Source: Octopus bimaculoides | Lineage: Eukaryota | Length of the DNA stretch: 37,197 bases | Direction: 5' to 3' | Assembly: GCF_001194135.2 (NCBI RefSeq) | Contig: NC_068992.1 | Location: 64,629,592 to 64,666,788, forward strand | In this document: one piece after another, positions 35,905 to 37,197 of the stretch | Position numbering within the stretch: position 1 is the first letter of the stretch | Layout: each line of letters begins with the position of its first letter | Made by a program: the position numbers and the translations under genes | The notes under the pieces: generated by a model | Seen by the model: only the letters and a program-made list of their open reading frames with translations | The model's database searches: none | What the model was told of the DNA's origin: nothing

Positions 35905-36117
35905 AAGTATATTATTCTTTCCAAGCTTGGAGTTCTGGGGAAGGTGGGTAAGTCGATTACATCGACCCCAGTATCCAACTGGTACTTATTTTATCAACAC
36001 CGAAATTGTGAAGGGCAAAGTCGACCTCAACGGAGTTTTAACTTAGAATGTAAAGACGGACGATATGCCGCTAAGCATTTTGTCCGACGCGCTACCGATT
36101 CTGCCAGTTCGCCGTCC
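35905..36117 (-). mobile_element. SINE family B
   Basis: Reverse complement of 24226-24435. Confidence 0.75.
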
Positions 36118-36180
36118 TAAGTTTCTAAATAATGCAGATTTCCTGAAAGAAATTTGGCACAAACACCTTTTCAGGACTAA

Positions 36181-36302
36181 GGTAAAGAATACGCACACAG
36201 GGTAGTTAGGGTTAGGATTAGAATTAGGGGTTAGGGTTTAAGGTTATGAATAGGATTAGAGTTAGGGTTACGCCGAAAACCGGTGGTATCGTATTCTTTA
36301 CC
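36181..36302. mobile_element. short GGTAA-ended TIR element with degenerate (TTAGGG)n
   Basis: GGTAAAGAATACG ... CGTATTCTTTACC perfect 13-bp inverted ends; no TSD found. Confidence 0.55.
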
Positions 36303-36673
36303 TCTGCCCTTTTTATATGATGTACACAACGATTATATTGGTAAAATGTTTGAGGTAATTGTTTTGTTTTCGCTTTTACCCAGATAAAAAGAAGTTTACA
36401 ATTCAATAACTTGTTAAATATCATCATACAGCATTAAATAAACTGTGACATTATTCATTATTAACATAAAAAAAGCGGAAGACAAGTAACGGGGACATAA
36501 AAACTGAAGTTATTACGACGGGACATGAATCGAACTATAAAAGAAGACATAAAACAATATATTCGAAATATTTACATTAAAAAAAACATTAATTAACATT
36601 GATACTCATGTCTGAAATAATTAGAAAATAAAGCAGTTAATTAAATATATAAACATACCAACAAAAACCATAC

Positions 36674-36745
36674 AGTAGTAAACAAGTCACAACCGGAGCG
36701 CGACTAAAGTTTGAGGGAAATATTTCTAATTGGCGCTAAAATTAT
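36674..36745 (-). promoter_or_regulatory. putative TIPIN non-coding first exon / promoter
   Basis: Short CpG-containing patch (ccggagcgcgac) in AT-rich DNA, followed on the - strand by a gtatgg donor at 36673; E2F-like TTGGCGCTAAA at 36730-36740. The ATG exon has an acceptor, so an upstream exon is required. Confidence 0.4.
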
Positions 36746-37197
36746 CTGCCCCTGATTTTTTTAATTTACTTCTCGCTTTTGATTTCTGCCGACAGATGTA
36801 GAGATGGCTGTGTGTTTTATATATAGATATTATTAAGGAGACACTTAGAATAGTAAAAATGGTTTTTAAAAAGGACAATAGTTATTCAAATATAGTTTCC
36901 AATAAAACCATAAGACTGGCACTGAAGTAATTTTACATTTAGTAAAATGAAGTATTGAACCCCTAACTCCTGAATCAAATAACCACACAATTTTATTTCT
37001 AAAGCACTTGAATAGACTATATAAATAATTTTTTTTTTAAATAAATAAAAAATAAAAAATAATGCAATAATTTAAATAAAATAAATATATGAATTAAATA
37101 TTACTAAAATTATATAATGACAAATTATATATACTTCCCAATATAGGTAAATTTGAAAATAATAATAGAGGATAATTTAAAATTAAAACTATGTATA

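Overview
AT-rich, microsatellite- and SINE-dense eukaryotic DNA with five N gaps. The repeat families resemble those of Octopus genomes; the species is inferred, not shown. Two intron-rich genes converge. On the + strand is the 3' half of a KLHL10-like Kelch gene: exons 908-1077, an exon mostly hidden in a gap and ending at 2818, 8755-8846, and 11371-11548 with the stop. On the - strand is a complete TIPIN (Swi3/Csm3 family) gene with 8 coding exons from 33330 to 17699, 1416 nt and 471 aa, with all splice phases consistent. Its C-terminus carries a 7 x 17-aa tandem repeat. The rest is tRNA-derived SINEs, RTE LINE fragments, Tc1/mariner relics and MITEs (piggyBac-, hAT-, mariner- and Merlin-like). 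Most notable: (i) a 46-bp-TIR element at 7349-7726 holding a 71-bp copy of its host gene's exon/intron junction, joined at a microhomology; (ii) a Merlin-like MITE with a perfect 8-bp TSD filled with degenerate telomeric repeats; (iii) a long inverted repeat just downstream of the KLHL10 stop. No large novel multi-gene system is supported by the sequence.
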